From contig JBFLYH010000002.1 of the NCBI GenBank assembly GCA_040756875.1, forward strand, positions 190,526-254,525: DNA of 64,000 nucleotides, read 5' to 3'. Shown here in pieces: positions 27,905 to 36,697 of the stretch. Origin of the DNA: a candidate division FCPU426 bacterium (GTDB taxonomy: Bacteria; Oederibacteriota; JAAXVQ01; JAUVAV01). The position numbers and the translations under genes are program-made. Under the pieces are notes generated by a model. The model was not told the origin of the DNA. It made no database searches and worked only from the letters and a program-made list of their open reading frames with translations. Position 1 is the first letter of the stretch. Each line of letters opens with the position of its first letter.

Positions 27905-28440
27905 GCCGCCGGGCCGCCGATAACCGAAAGGTCGTCGTTCCACAGCACCAGCGCGTCCTCCTGGTTGTCCACGTAGTAGCCGCGCCGGACCGCGGCCAGG
28001 CGGAACCCGAACTTGGCGTACAGCCGCTGCGCGGCTTCGTTGCCCGCCCGGACTTCCAGGGTGGCCCGCTTGGCGCCCAGGCGCGCGGCCGCTTGGAGCA
28101 CGGCCTGCACCAGCTGCTCGCCGATCCTGCGGCGGCGGAAGGCGGGGTGCACGGCCAGGTTGGTGATGTGCGCCTCGTCCAGCACCAGCCAGAAGCCCAT
28201 GTAGCCCACCACGTGATCCTGGAAGTGCGCGACCAGGAAGTGGCTGAGGTCCGGATGCTTGAATTCCTCTTCGAACAACTGGCGGGTCCAGGGGGTGCGG
28301 AAGGAGCTTTTTTCCACCCAGAGGATCTCCTCCAGGTCTTCGGGACGCATGGGCTCCAGGCGGATCTTCGCCGCCGTTTCGGCGGAGGTCGACGGAGCTC
28401 CGGCATCGGGCGCGGCCATGGGCGCTGGGAACAGGCTCAT
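27901..28440 (-). CDS. rimI: ribosomal-protein alanine N-acetyltransferase
   Basis: SF.TPW, EAHITNLAVHP, LEVRAGN..A..LY, R..YY.DN.EDA. Confidence 0.93.
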   Translation of the reverse strand: MSLFPAPMAAPDAGAPSTSAETAAKIRLEPMRPEDLEEILWVEKSSFRTPWTRQLFEEEFKHPDLSHFLVAHFQDHVVGYMGFWLVLDEAHITNLAVHPAFRRRRIGEQLVQAVLQAAARLGAKRATLEVRAGNEAAQRLYAKFGFRLAAVRRGYYVDNQEDALVLWNDDLSVIGGPAA

Positions 28441-29159
28441 CGTTTCGGATCCGTGGCCCGCTGCCGCTGGTCGCGAAGCTCCTCGGCCTGGGTTTTGCGA
28501 AGGTAGATGGGCTTGATGTCGCCGAGCGGCATGCCGCCGCGCGTCAACTGCCCGGCGTGCGGGCTGGACAGCGTGCCGTCGGCAAGGCGGGTAAGCACTT
28601 CGGCGCTGGGCGTGGCATGGTCCTCGGGCAGCAGGGTGAGGCCCGGCCGCTGGACCGAGAGAAAGGCGAAAAACTGGCGCGCCCCCGGCCCGGCCACGGC
28701 CCAGGGCCCGGCAGGCAGCAGGCCGGGCAGGTCGGGCAGGTAACACAGCTGTTCGGGCAGCAGGGTCTCCCATCCTTGCGGCCCGTGCTGGAAAGCGGCC
28801 GCGTACACCGCTTCCTGCAGGGCGTCGGCCAGCACCAGCACGCGGTCCGCGGACGTGCCCGCGGCCACGGCCAAAAAACTCGAAATGCCCACGGCCGGAA
28901 TGTCCAAGGCCTGGGCCAGGCCCAGGGCCGTGGCAATGCCCACGCGCACCCCGGTGAATGACCCCGGCCCCATGCCCACGACAATGCCCTGCAAGGCCTT
29001 GGGCGGCCGGCCCACGCCGGCCAGCAGGCGCTCCAGGGCCGGCAGAATGGCCTCGTTGTGGCGCCGCTCGAGCTGTTCGTGGCTGTGCGCCAGGCTGCGT
29101 CCGTCCTGGCGCAGGGCCAGGGACAGCCAGTTGGTGGAAGTATCAAGGCCGAAGATCAT
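28437..29159 (-). CDS. tsaB: t6A biosynthesis protein TsaB
   Basis: LDTST, GPGSFTGVRVG, PIYLR. Confidence 0.95.
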   Translation of the reverse strand: MIFGLDTSTNWLSLALRQDGRSLAHSHEQLERRHNEAILPALERLLAGVGRPPKALQGIVVGMGPGSFTGVRVGIATALGLAQALDIPAVGISSFLAVAAGTSADRVLVLADALQEAVYAAAFQHGPQGWETLLPEQLCYLPDLPGLLPAGPWAVAGPGARQFFAFLSVQRPGLTLLPEDHATPSAEVLTRLADGTLSSPHAGQLTRGGMPLGDIKPIYLRKTQAEELRDQRQRATDPKR

Positions 29160-29218
29160 ATGATCCTCCTCTTGCCGCTCATTTTACGAACAATAAACCT
29201 ACAAGAAGCTGCTTTTCC

Positions 29219-29284
29219 ACCCTCTCCCCGCTATCGCGGGGCGAGGGAGAACGATCAATAGGATAATGGGTGTCATCTCACCCT
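29219..29284. repeat. CCCTCTCCC-type palindromic element
   Basis: ccctctccccgc-tatc-gcggggcgaggg. Confidence 0.6.
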
Positions 29285-29724
29285 CAGGGAATATCCCTGC
29301 CTTTCGGCGCCTGGATGCACACGCGGCGCGATCCGGCGTCCGCGATTTCAAAACGCACGGCCCAATGCGCGGCCGGCAGCAGGCTGCCGGCGCGTTCCGC
29401 CCATTCCAGCACGCACACGCCGTTGCCGGCGCTGTATTCCTCCCAGCCCAGGTCCTCGAGTTCCTGCGCGGACTTCAGGCGGTACAAGTCGAAATGGTAC
29501 ACCGGCAGCGGGCCCGCGTATTCGTGCAGCAGGTTGAACGTGGGACTGGTGACCGGGCCCGAAGCGCCCAAGCCCCTGGCCAGGCCGCGCGTCAGACAGG
29601 TCTTGCCGCTGCCGAGTTCTCCGGTCAGGGCCACCACGTCCCCCGGCCGCAACTGCGGCGCCAGCAATTCGCCGACCGCCTCGGTTTCGGACTCGCTGGC
29701 CGTGGAAAAACATTTGTTGTCCAT
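29284..29724 (-). CDS. tsaE: t6A ATPase TsaE
   Basis: GELGSGKT, VTSPTF, HFDLYRL, EW. Confidence 0.95.
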   Translation of the reverse strand: MDNKCFSTASESETEAVGELLAPQLRPGDVVALTGELGSGKTCLTRGLARGLGASGPVTSPTFNLLHEYAGPLPVYHFDLYRLKSAQELEDLGWEEYSAGNGVCVLEWAERAGSLLPAAHWAVRFEIADAGSRRVCIQAPKGRDIP

Positions 29725-29734
29725 GCGGCCCCTG

Positions 29735-30835
29735 CTACCGGTGCAGAATGACCAGCTTGCGCAGGCCGAAGTCCCTGCGTCCGGCGGACGCGTTCAGCGT
29801 CAGGCGGTAAAAATAGATGCCCGGCGCCACGTTGCGGATGTCCCAGGCCAGGCGCTGGTAGCCCGCGCCGGCGTGGCTTTGGGTCAATGTCATGCCGGGT
29901 TCGCCGGCCACGTTGAACAGCTCCACCTTGGCTTCGGCCGGGCCGTCGGTGGCGTAATAGAACCACAGGGTGTCGCCCTTGCCGGGCGAGGGATAGACGA
30001 TCACTTCATCCGAGCCGAGCAGGTACGGCGTGCGGGTGGAAGTGGCCGTGGTGTTCACCGTGGGCGTGGGCGTGACAGTCAGGGTGATGGTGGGTGTGTT
30101 GGTTTTGCTCGGCGTCATGGTAAAGGTCCGGGTCATGGTGACGGTCGGAGATTCGGTGGACGTCGGCGTGATGGTATACGTGGGCGTAAAGGTGCGTGTG
30201 GGCGTGGGTGTGCGGGTAAACGTCGACGTGGGCGTGGCCGTGCGCGTGGGCGTGGCCGTGCGGGTGTAGGTCGGCGTGGCCGTGGCCGTGGGCTCCGCCG
30301 CCGGCCCCTCGACATACAGCGAAAACTGCCAGGCCATGGCGTTGGTCGAGGTGCCGAAGGGATCCGGGAACCCGCTGGCCGCGCTCTGTTCCCAACTCAT
30401 GCCGCCCACCGTGCTCACGGCCGCCGTGGCGCTGTCTTCGAACCACAAGGCCAGATAATACTCGTTTCCCATGGTAATAGGCACGGCCGGAGTGATGTAA
30501 ATATCATTCCATGAAACCGCGGTCATCCCGTGCGACGAAGAGCTCCACAGCAGGTTCACGGGATAATGCAGGACCGGGTCCGATGAATAGATGGCCACGC
30601 GCATGGTGGCGCCCGGAGCAACCGGGGCCGGCAGGTAAACGTAAAAGTGGGTGGCATAAAAGGAAGTGGCAGCCACAAACTCCGTGCCCTTGATCAGGTC
30701 CACAAACACGTCGGTCGAGGTGCCGGTGCCCGTATAGCCCATGATGTCCGCCCGGGCCAGTAGCGCCGGTCCTGAAACGCTGATCCAAAGTCCCAGGCAT
30801 GCGATGGCAATCCGCCGCAATCCCCGCACGTTCAA
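29735..30835 (-). CDS. secreted protein with Thr/Pro linker and T9SS-like C-terminal domain
   Basis: Signal peptide; (TATPTR)n linker at about 30030-30290; YPSP..FNVAG..WD..APGIYFY. Confidence 0.75.
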   Translation of the reverse strand: MNVRGLRRIAIACLGLWISVSGPALLARADIMGYTGTGTSTDVFVDLIKGTEFVAATSFYATHFYVYLPAPVAPGATMRVAIYSSDPVLHYPVNLLWSSSSHGMTAVSWNDIYITPAVPITMGNEYYLALWFEDSATAAVSTVGGMSWEQSAASGFPDPFGTSTNAMAWQFSLYVEGPAAEPTATATPTYTRTATPTRTATPTSTFTRTPTPTRTFTPTYTITPTSTESPTVTMTRTFTMTPSKTNTPTITLTVTPTPTVNTTATSTRTPYLLGSDEVIVYPSPGKGDTLWFYYATDGPAEAKVELFNVAGEPGMTLTQSHAGAGYQRLAWDIRNVAPGIYFYRLTLNASAGRRDFGLRKLVILHR

Positions 30836-30938
30836 ACTCCTTGGCAGTTTAAATGGGCGCGCTGCCGGAACATCCGGCCCTGGCCATCCCGTTAATTATA
30901 TCAAAACCTTCCGGCTGATTCCGGCTGAAATCCGTTTT

Positions 30939-31943
30939 TCAGCGGTTGTGCTCCCAGCCCCGCGGCCAGGGCCGGAGGCGGCCGTGGCGCAACAGTTTCA
31001 GGCCGCTCCGGGCCGGCGTGACTTCGCCGATCACGGCGCACGACACCCGGGCCAGGGCCCGCAATTGCCTGGCAATGTGCTGGGCGTCCGCGGCTCTGGC
31101 TGCAAACAGGAGTTCAAAGTCCTCGCCGCCGGACAGGGCCCAGTCCAGGGGGTCGCGCTGCAGGGCTTGGGCGGCCCGGCGCACCAGGGTGGAAACCGGC
31201 AGCCGCTCGGCATGCACGGTCAAACCCACGCGGCTGGCCTCGGCCAGCCGCCGCGCGTCGCCGGCCAGCCCGTCGGAGAGATCCAGGGCCGCATGCACGC
31301 GGCGGGTATGCGCCAGCACGCGGCCCGCGGCCAGCAGCGGCACCGGACGCACAAGGCGCCGGACCAGCGGCGCAAAGGCGGGCGACACGCGCCTCCGGGA
31401 GCGCAGCCAGGCCAGGGCCGCGGCCGGAGCGCCGAGATTTCCCGTGACCAGCAGCAGATCGCCCGGACGCGCGCCGCGCCGCGTCAGCCATTCGGAGCGC
31501 GGGAGGCTGCCCTGCAGGGTGAGGGTCGCGGTCAGGGGCCCGGGCGTGGCCACCGTGTCGCCGCCGAGCAGGCGCGCGCCGTGGCGGCGCAGTTCCCGAA
31601 CCACGCCCGCGGCCAGCCGGTGCGCGTTGGCCGCGGAAAAATTCCGGGGCAGGGCCAGGGACAGATAGGCCCGCTCGGGCGTCGCGCCCATGGCCGCGAG
31701 ATCCGACAGGTTAACCGCCGCTATTCTCCGGCCCGCGGCCTCGGGGCCGCACCAGTCTCCTGACCAGTGCACGCCTTCCACCAGCGTGTCGCAGGTGACC
31801 GCTTCCCAGCGCCCGGACGCGGCCGGGCGGTAGACCGCGGCGTCGTCGCCGATGCCCAGGCAGTCCGGCGGCCGCACGGGCCCGGCCAGGCGCCGGATGT
31901 CTGCGATCAGCGGAAACTCGCGCCAGCGGCCGGGAGAAGTCAT
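30939..31943 (-). CDS. thiL: thiamine-monophosphate kinase
   Basis: EF.LI, GIGDDAA, VNLSDLAAMG, GGDT, DLSDGL, GGEDFEL. Confidence 0.95.
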   Translation of the reverse strand: MTSPGRWREFPLIADIRRLAGPVRPPDCLGIGDDAAVYRPAASGRWEAVTCDTLVEGVHWSGDWCGPEAAGRRIAAVNLSDLAAMGATPERAYLSLALPRNFSAANAHRLAAGVVRELRRHGARLLGGDTVATPGPLTATLTLQGSLPRSEWLTRRGARPGDLLLVTGNLGAPAAALAWLRSRRRVSPAFAPLVRRLVRPVPLLAAGRVLAHTRRVHAALDLSDGLAGDARRLAEASRVGLTVHAERLPVSTLVRRAAQALQRDPLDWALSGGEDFELLFAARAADAQHIARQLRALARVSCAVIGEVTPARSGLKLLRHGRLRPWPRGWEHNR

Positions 31944-32806
31944 TCGCCCCAGCGGCGGATGCCCTCGGGCTGGACGTTGCCCTCGAGCCGCTGCAACTGC
32001 TTTTTCGCTTCTTCGTTCATCATGGAAGGATACTGGTCGAGCAGCAGCTGGTAGGTGCAGCGGGCGGCCGCCGTGTCGTTCAGCCGCTGCTGGCATTCGC
32101 CCACGCCCATGAGCGCCTCGGCGGCCAGGAACCCGCCGCGGTAGTCTTTTTCCAGCGCCAGGTAGATCCGGATGGCTTCCTCATACTGCTCGGCAGCCTC
32201 GGCCACCTTGCCCAGCCCGAGCCTGGCCTCGGCCTCCCAGTCCGTGCGGGGCAGGGCCTGTTGCACGCTTTGGTACGTGGCGCGGGCCTGGTCCAGTTCG
32301 CCGGCCGCGAGCTGGCATTCGGCGATCTGCAGATCAGCCCAGGCGTTCATGGCCGACTCGCCCTGCGGCTCGCGCAGCTGCCGGTACAGGTCGATGGCTT
32401 CGGCCCAGTGGCTCTGTTCCCGCTGCGTTTCCGCCATGGCGATCTGGGCCTGGCGCCGCGTTTCGTTCTCTTTCGTCCGTTCCAGCACCCGCTGGTATTC
32501 CTTCAGCGCGGCCGGATAGCGCTTGGCCAGGGCCAGCCGCTGGGCGTTTTCGAAATGGCGCTGGACGACCCGCTCGGGATTGCCCCAGCCGGTCAGATAG
32601 CCGTAGCCCTGCACGATCAGCAGCACGGCTGCGCCGCTGCCCAGGAGCAGCATCCAGAACCGCCGCGAGGACTGCAGCGTGACCGCGGGCGCGGAGGGTT
32701 CGGGCCCGGCAACCGGCTGCACCGGAGCCGCGCTCTTTTTCGGAGCAGGTTTGTTTCTGGCAACCGGCTTGGGTTTGGGAGTCGCTTTTTTCTTGGACGA
32801 TGGCAC
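31940..32806 (-). CDS. membrane-anchored TPR protein
   Basis: Basic N-terminus, one TM, several TPR-like repeats ending in YP; GAGGAGG RBS before GTG 32806. Confidence 0.75.
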   Translation of the reverse strand: MPSSKKKATPKPKPVARNKPAPKKSAAPVQPVAGPEPSAPAVTLQSSRRFWMLLLGSGAAVLLIVQGYGYLTGWGNPERVVQRHFENAQRLALAKRYPAALKEYQRVLERTKENETRRQAQIAMAETQREQSHWAEAIDLYRQLREPQGESAMNAWADLQIAECQLAAGELDQARATYQSVQQALPRTDWEAEARLGLGKVAEAAEQYEEAIRIYLALEKDYRGGFLAAEALMGVGECQQRLNDTAAARCTYQLLLDQYPSMMNEEAKKQLQRLEGNVQPEGIRRWGE

Positions 32807-32919
32807 GATCACAATCCTCCTCGGGAATGAAAGTAGTTTGCTATTCATGCAGGCGCGCCCGAACGTCGGGAGGCGAACACATGCAAGTTGACGAATCCGC
32901 TTTCGCTTATCCGAATGCG

Positions 32920-33282
32920 CTACGGCGCGTTGACCCAGGCTTCGCCCCGCAGGCTTTCGCCGGCAGCGGTCCGGCCGGACACCAGCACCTTGTACCGCCC
33001 GGGCTGCCAGACCGCGCCCCAGGGAATTTGCGTGACGAACGTCCAGGTGCGCCCCTGGTCGGCGGTTTTCAGGGGCACGACCGGCGAGCCGGCCCAATCC
33101 AGGCGCCCCGTAACCTCGACCGTGTCCGCCGGAGCCAGCACTCGCACGCTGACCACGGTGCCGGGATAAATGGTGTCCGGCGTGACGGTCACGTCCAGCC
33201 GGGGCCCGGCCACAGGCACGGTGGCGCAGGCTGCGCACGCCCAGGCGGCCAGCAGCCAGAGCAGGGCGGGCCGGCGTTTCAC
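32920..33282 (-). CDS. small putative lipoprotein (Ig-like)
   Basis: GTG overlaps upstream stop; KRR, hydrophobic stretch, then AAC lipobox-like motif. Confidence 0.55.
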   Translation of the reverse strand: MKRRPALLWLLAAWACAACATVPVAGPRLDVTVTPDTIYPGTVVSVRVLAPADTVEVTGRLDWAGSPVVPLKTADQGRTWTFVTQIPWGAVWQPGRYKVLVSGRTAAGESLRGEAWVNAP

Positions 33283-34469
33283 GCCCGGCCTCCCAAAAAG
33301 TCCAGCGCCGCCTGGGCCAGCACCGCGGCGCCGGAGGCCAATCCGCGCTCGTCGAAATCGAACCGCGGGTGGTGCCAGGGATAACGGAAGCGCGCCGCGC
33401 TTCCGCCCACGCCCACCCGGAAAAAACACGCCGGCCGCCGGCGCGCGAAATAAGTGAAATCCTCGCCGGTCATAAGCGGCCGCGCCCATTCCCGCACGCC
33501 TCCCCTTCCCAGCACGGCCAGCCCGGCGCGCCGCACCAGTCCGGCTGCCCGCGGGTGGTTCACCAAGGGCGGGTGCCCGGGTTGCAGGCTGAAGCGCGCC
33601 TCGGCGCGGTGCGCGCGGCAAATGTTGCGGCTGATGCGCGCCACCCGCTGCGCCAGGCTGCGCCGCGTGGCCGCGGACAGGCTGCGCAGGGTCCCTTCCA
33701 GCACCGCTTCCCCGGCAATGGCGTTGTAGGCTTCCCCGCCCCGGATCCGGCCCACGCTCACCACGGCCGGCTCCAGCGGGTCCTGCTCCCGCGCCACGGC
33801 CTGCTGCAGGCCGGTGATCACGGCCGCGGCTGCGGCGATCGCGTCCACGCTGCAATGCGGCAGGGCCGCGTGGCCGCCCCGGCCCGTGACGGTCAGGACA
33901 AAGGCGTCGGCCGCGGCCATGGCCGCGCCCTCGCGCACGCCGATGGTCCCGGCCGGAAGCTGGGTGTCCACGTGCCCGGCCAGGATCAGGTCCACGCGGG
34001 GATGTTCCAGCACGCCGGCCGCGATCATGGCCTGGGCGCCGCCGGGCGGAACCTCCTCGCTGGGTTGGAAGATCAGTTTCACGCTCCCGGCCAGCTGCTC
34101 CCGCCGGCCGGCCAGGATCTGCGCCGCGCCCAGCAGCATGGCCTGGTTGCCGTCGTGGCCGCAGGCGTGCATGACGCCCGGAACGCGCGAGGCATAGGGC
34201 GCGCCGGTCGCCTCGCAGATCGGCAGGGCGTCCATGTCCGCGCGCAAGGCCAGCACGGGCCCGGGCCGGCGGCCGCGCAGGAGCGCCACCACGCCGGTGC
34301 GGGCTACCCCGGTCCTGACCTGCCAGCCCGCTGAACGCAGCACCCGGGCCAAAAAGGATGCGGTGCGGCGCTCGCGGAAAGCCAGTTCCGGCTGGCGGTG
34401 GATTTCCCGGCGCCAGGCGCGCAGCCGGGGCAAAAGCTTCCGGGCCTGGCCGGCGGCACTCCTGTCCAC
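33279..34469 (-). CDS. M20D amidohydrolase
   Basis: H..PEL, LRADMDAL, HACGHD, FQPSEE, GEDF, HHP.F. Confidence 0.93.
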   Translation of the reverse strand: MDRSAAGQARKLLPRLRAWRREIHRQPELAFRERRTASFLARVLRSAGWQVRTGVARTGVVALLRGRRPGPVLALRADMDALPICEATGAPYASRVPGVMHACGHDGNQAMLLGAAQILAGRREQLAGSVKLIFQPSEEVPPGGAQAMIAAGVLEHPRVDLILAGHVDTQLPAGTIGVREGAAMAAADAFVLTVTGRGGHAALPHCSVDAIAAAAAVITGLQQAVAREQDPLEPAVVSVGRIRGGEAYNAIAGEAVLEGTLRSLSAATRRSLAQRVARISRNICRAHRAEARFSLQPGHPPLVNHPRAAGLVRRAGLAVLGRGGVREWARPLMTGEDFTYFARRRPACFFRVGVGGSAARFRYPWHHPRFDFDERGLASGAAVLAQAALDFLGGRA

Positions 34470-34470
34470 T

Positions 34471-34932
34471 TTATTCCTCCCGCGCGATGGCCCGGACCAC
34501 GTCGGCCTTGCCCACGATGCCGACCAGCTTCCCGGCCTTGACCACGGGCAACAGGTGCCGCTTGCGTTCGTGCATGATGGTGGCGACGGCCGAAAGCTCC
34601 AGCTCAGGCTCGATGGTCAGCACGTCCCGGCTCATGATGTCCGCCACTTTCTTGCCGATGACTTTCTGCAGTTCCTTTTCGTATTTGCGGGGGCTCTCCA
34701 GGTAGATGACCGCGTCGAACACGGTCACGACCGTGGGCAGATGCACGTTGGCGTCGCGGAAAATCAGGTCGCCTTCGGTCACGATGCCCGCCAGCTTGCC
34801 GGCGCGGTCCACCACCGGCGCTCCGGAGATATGGTGCTTCAGCAGGAATTGGGCCAGCGCCTTCACCGTGGTGTCCGGTTTGACGGTCAGCACCCGTTTG
34901 GTCATGATGTCCTTGGCACGTATGGCTTTCAT
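34471..34932 (-). CDS. CBS domain protein
   Basis: Two CBS repeats (AKDIMT..ISGAPVVD..GIVTEGDL; VADIMS..LPVV..GIV). Confidence 0.9.
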   Translation of the reverse strand: MKAIRAKDIMTKRVLTVKPDTTVKALAQFLLKHHISGAPVVDRAGKLAGIVTEGDLIFRDANVHLPTVVTVFDAVIYLESPRKYEKELQKVIGKKVADIMSRDVLTIEPELELSAVATIMHERKRHLLPVVKAGKLVGIVGKADVVRAIAREE

Positions 34933-34965
34933 CGTTCCTCCTTCAGGATAGATCGCGCATCCCTT

Positions 34966-36513
34966 TCAAGCCCAGCGCAGTTGGGCCAATGCGTTAGGGA
35001 TAAAGGCGGCGACATCCCGGGCCCGAACGCCCTGGCCCCAGGTGTCGCAAGCAGCCAGCTCGCCCGCCCGTCCGTGAATATACGCCGCACACGCAGCCGC
35101 GGCCCAGGGGTCCATGCCCTGCGCGGCCAGGGCCGCGAGCACGCCGGACAAAACGTCCCCGGTCCCGGCAGTGGCCAGGGCCTGGGTGCCGGCGCTGACC
35201 ACGCCCAGCGGGCCGTCGCCAGGGGCCTGCACCAGGGTGGGCGAGCCTTTCAGCAGCACCACGGCGTTCCAGGCCCGCCCCGCGGCTTGCGCCGCGGCCT
35301 GGCGGTCCTGGTTCACGGCCTCCACGCTGCGGCCCAGCAAACGGCCGGCTTCGCCCGCATGCGGGGTGAGCACCAGGGGCGTTGGATGTTTTTCCGGAAG
35401 CGCTTCCGGCGCCAAGGCGTCCGCGTCCACGACCACGGCCCTGGGGCCGGCCGCGCGCCGCAAGAACGCGCTGACCAGCCTGGCCGTGGCGCGCGTGCGG
35501 CCCAGGCCAGGGCCGATGACCACTGCGTCCTGCTCCTGGGCCAAAGCCAGCAGCGCGGCCAGCGCTTCAGGCGCGAAGGCCCCGGCAGCCGACGCGGGCA
35601 GGGGCGTGCACAGTTCCTCCAGGGCTTGGCTGCGGACCGCGGCGTCCAGGCAGCGCGGATACGCCAGGCGCACGAAGCCCGCGCCCGCGCGCGCGGCTCC
35701 CTGCCCGGCCAACAGCAGCGCGCCGTGGTACTGCGCCGAGCCGCCGATCACCAGGACTTTCCCTGCCAGGCGCTTGTGCGCATGCGCCGGCCGGCGGGGC
35801 AGGCGGCGTCCGACTTCCATTGCATCCCAAAACTGCTCGGCCTCTCCTTCGCCGGACAAAAGCGACGGCGGAAAACCGATGGACGCCACGCGCACCTGCC
35901 CCACCCAGGGCAGGGCCGCAGGCTGAAACAAACCCCGTTTGGGGAGACCGAACGTCACTGTGACATCCGCGGCCACGGTGGGCGGCTGCGGCCGGCCGGT
36001 GTCCGCGTCCAAACCCGAGGGCACGTCGGCCGCCACCACCAGACAGCGCGCCCGGGCCAGGGCCGAAATGGCGCCGGCCAGGGGCTCGCGGGGAGCGCCC
36101 TGGGCGCCGATCCCCAGCAGGGCGTCCACCGCCGCGTCCGCCCGGGCCAGCAGGGCCCGGCTTTCCTCGGGAAACGCATCAACCCGGCGGCTGACCCTGG
36201 CCGGGGTCTGCTCCAGGCGCTCCAGGTTGCTTTGGGTCTCGGGCGCGAGCCGTTCGCCCGCCAGCAGGACCACGTCCACCTCGACCCCGCGGACCGCGAG
36301 CATCCGGGCGCACACCAAGCCGTCGCCGCCGTTCTTGCCCGGGCCGGCCAGCACCACCACCCGTCGCGGCGAACGCAGGGGCAGGCGCGACAGCACCGCT
36401 TCGGCCAGCGCCTGGCCGGCCTGCTCCATCAACTCCAGCGTGGAGCAGCCGAAGCGATTGATCGCCTCCTGTTCCATGGCCTGCATGTCCTGGGTGCTAA
36501 CGATTTTCAACAC
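34966..36513 (-). CDS. nnr: bifunctional NAD(P)H-hydrate epimerase/dehydratase
   Basis: LMEQAG, GPGKNGGDG, DVPSG, GPGLG, DADAL, TPH.GE, AGTGDVL. Confidence 0.95.
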   Translation of the reverse strand: MLKIVSTQDMQAMEQEAINRFGCSTLELMEQAGQALAEAVLSRLPLRSPRRVVVLAGPGKNGGDGLVCARMLAVRGVEVDVVLLAGERLAPETQSNLERLEQTPARVSRRVDAFPEESRALLARADAAVDALLGIGAQGAPREPLAGAISALARARCLVVAADVPSGLDADTGRPQPPTVAADVTVTFGLPKRGLFQPAALPWVGQVRVASIGFPPSLLSGEGEAEQFWDAMEVGRRLPRRPAHAHKRLAGKVLVIGGSAQYHGALLLAGQGAARAGAGFVRLAYPRCLDAAVRSQALEELCTPLPASAAGAFAPEALAALLALAQEQDAVVIGPGLGRTRATARLVSAFLRRAAGPRAVVVDADALAPEALPEKHPTPLVLTPHAGEAGRLLGRSVEAVNQDRQAAAQAAGRAWNAVVLLKGSPTLVQAPGDGPLGVVSAGTQALATAGTGDVLSGVLAALAAQGMDPWAAAACAAYIHGRAGELAACDTWGQGVRARDVAAFIPNALAQLRWA

Positions 36514-36628
36514 GGCCGCGTGTCGCTCCGGGGTGAAATGGAACCCTCCGCGAAGGGGATGAGAGGCAAATTATAGCACGCCCGTTTAAGGCGGGCCTAC
36601 AAAAAACCCGGACAAGGGGCTTGAAACG

Positions 36629-36661
36629 CCGAAAGCCCCGGACAGAGACCGGGGCTTTCGG
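36629..36661 (-). terminator. probable terminator hairpin after the PorV-like gene
   Basis: 13-bp perfect stem ccgaaagccccgg/ccggggctttcgg; weak U-tail. Confidence 0.55.
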
Positions 36662-36697
36662 TGGTACGGGGATAACTGTTTTCCGGCTGCCAGCCGC

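Noticed and set aside
19587-33855. Apparent long N-terminal extensions on GT2, purQ, rimI, thiL, TPR and lipoprotein ORFs
   Set aside because: Artefacts of first-start ORF calling; most true starts overlap the upstream stop codons (ATGA/GTGA) or follow a clear RBS.
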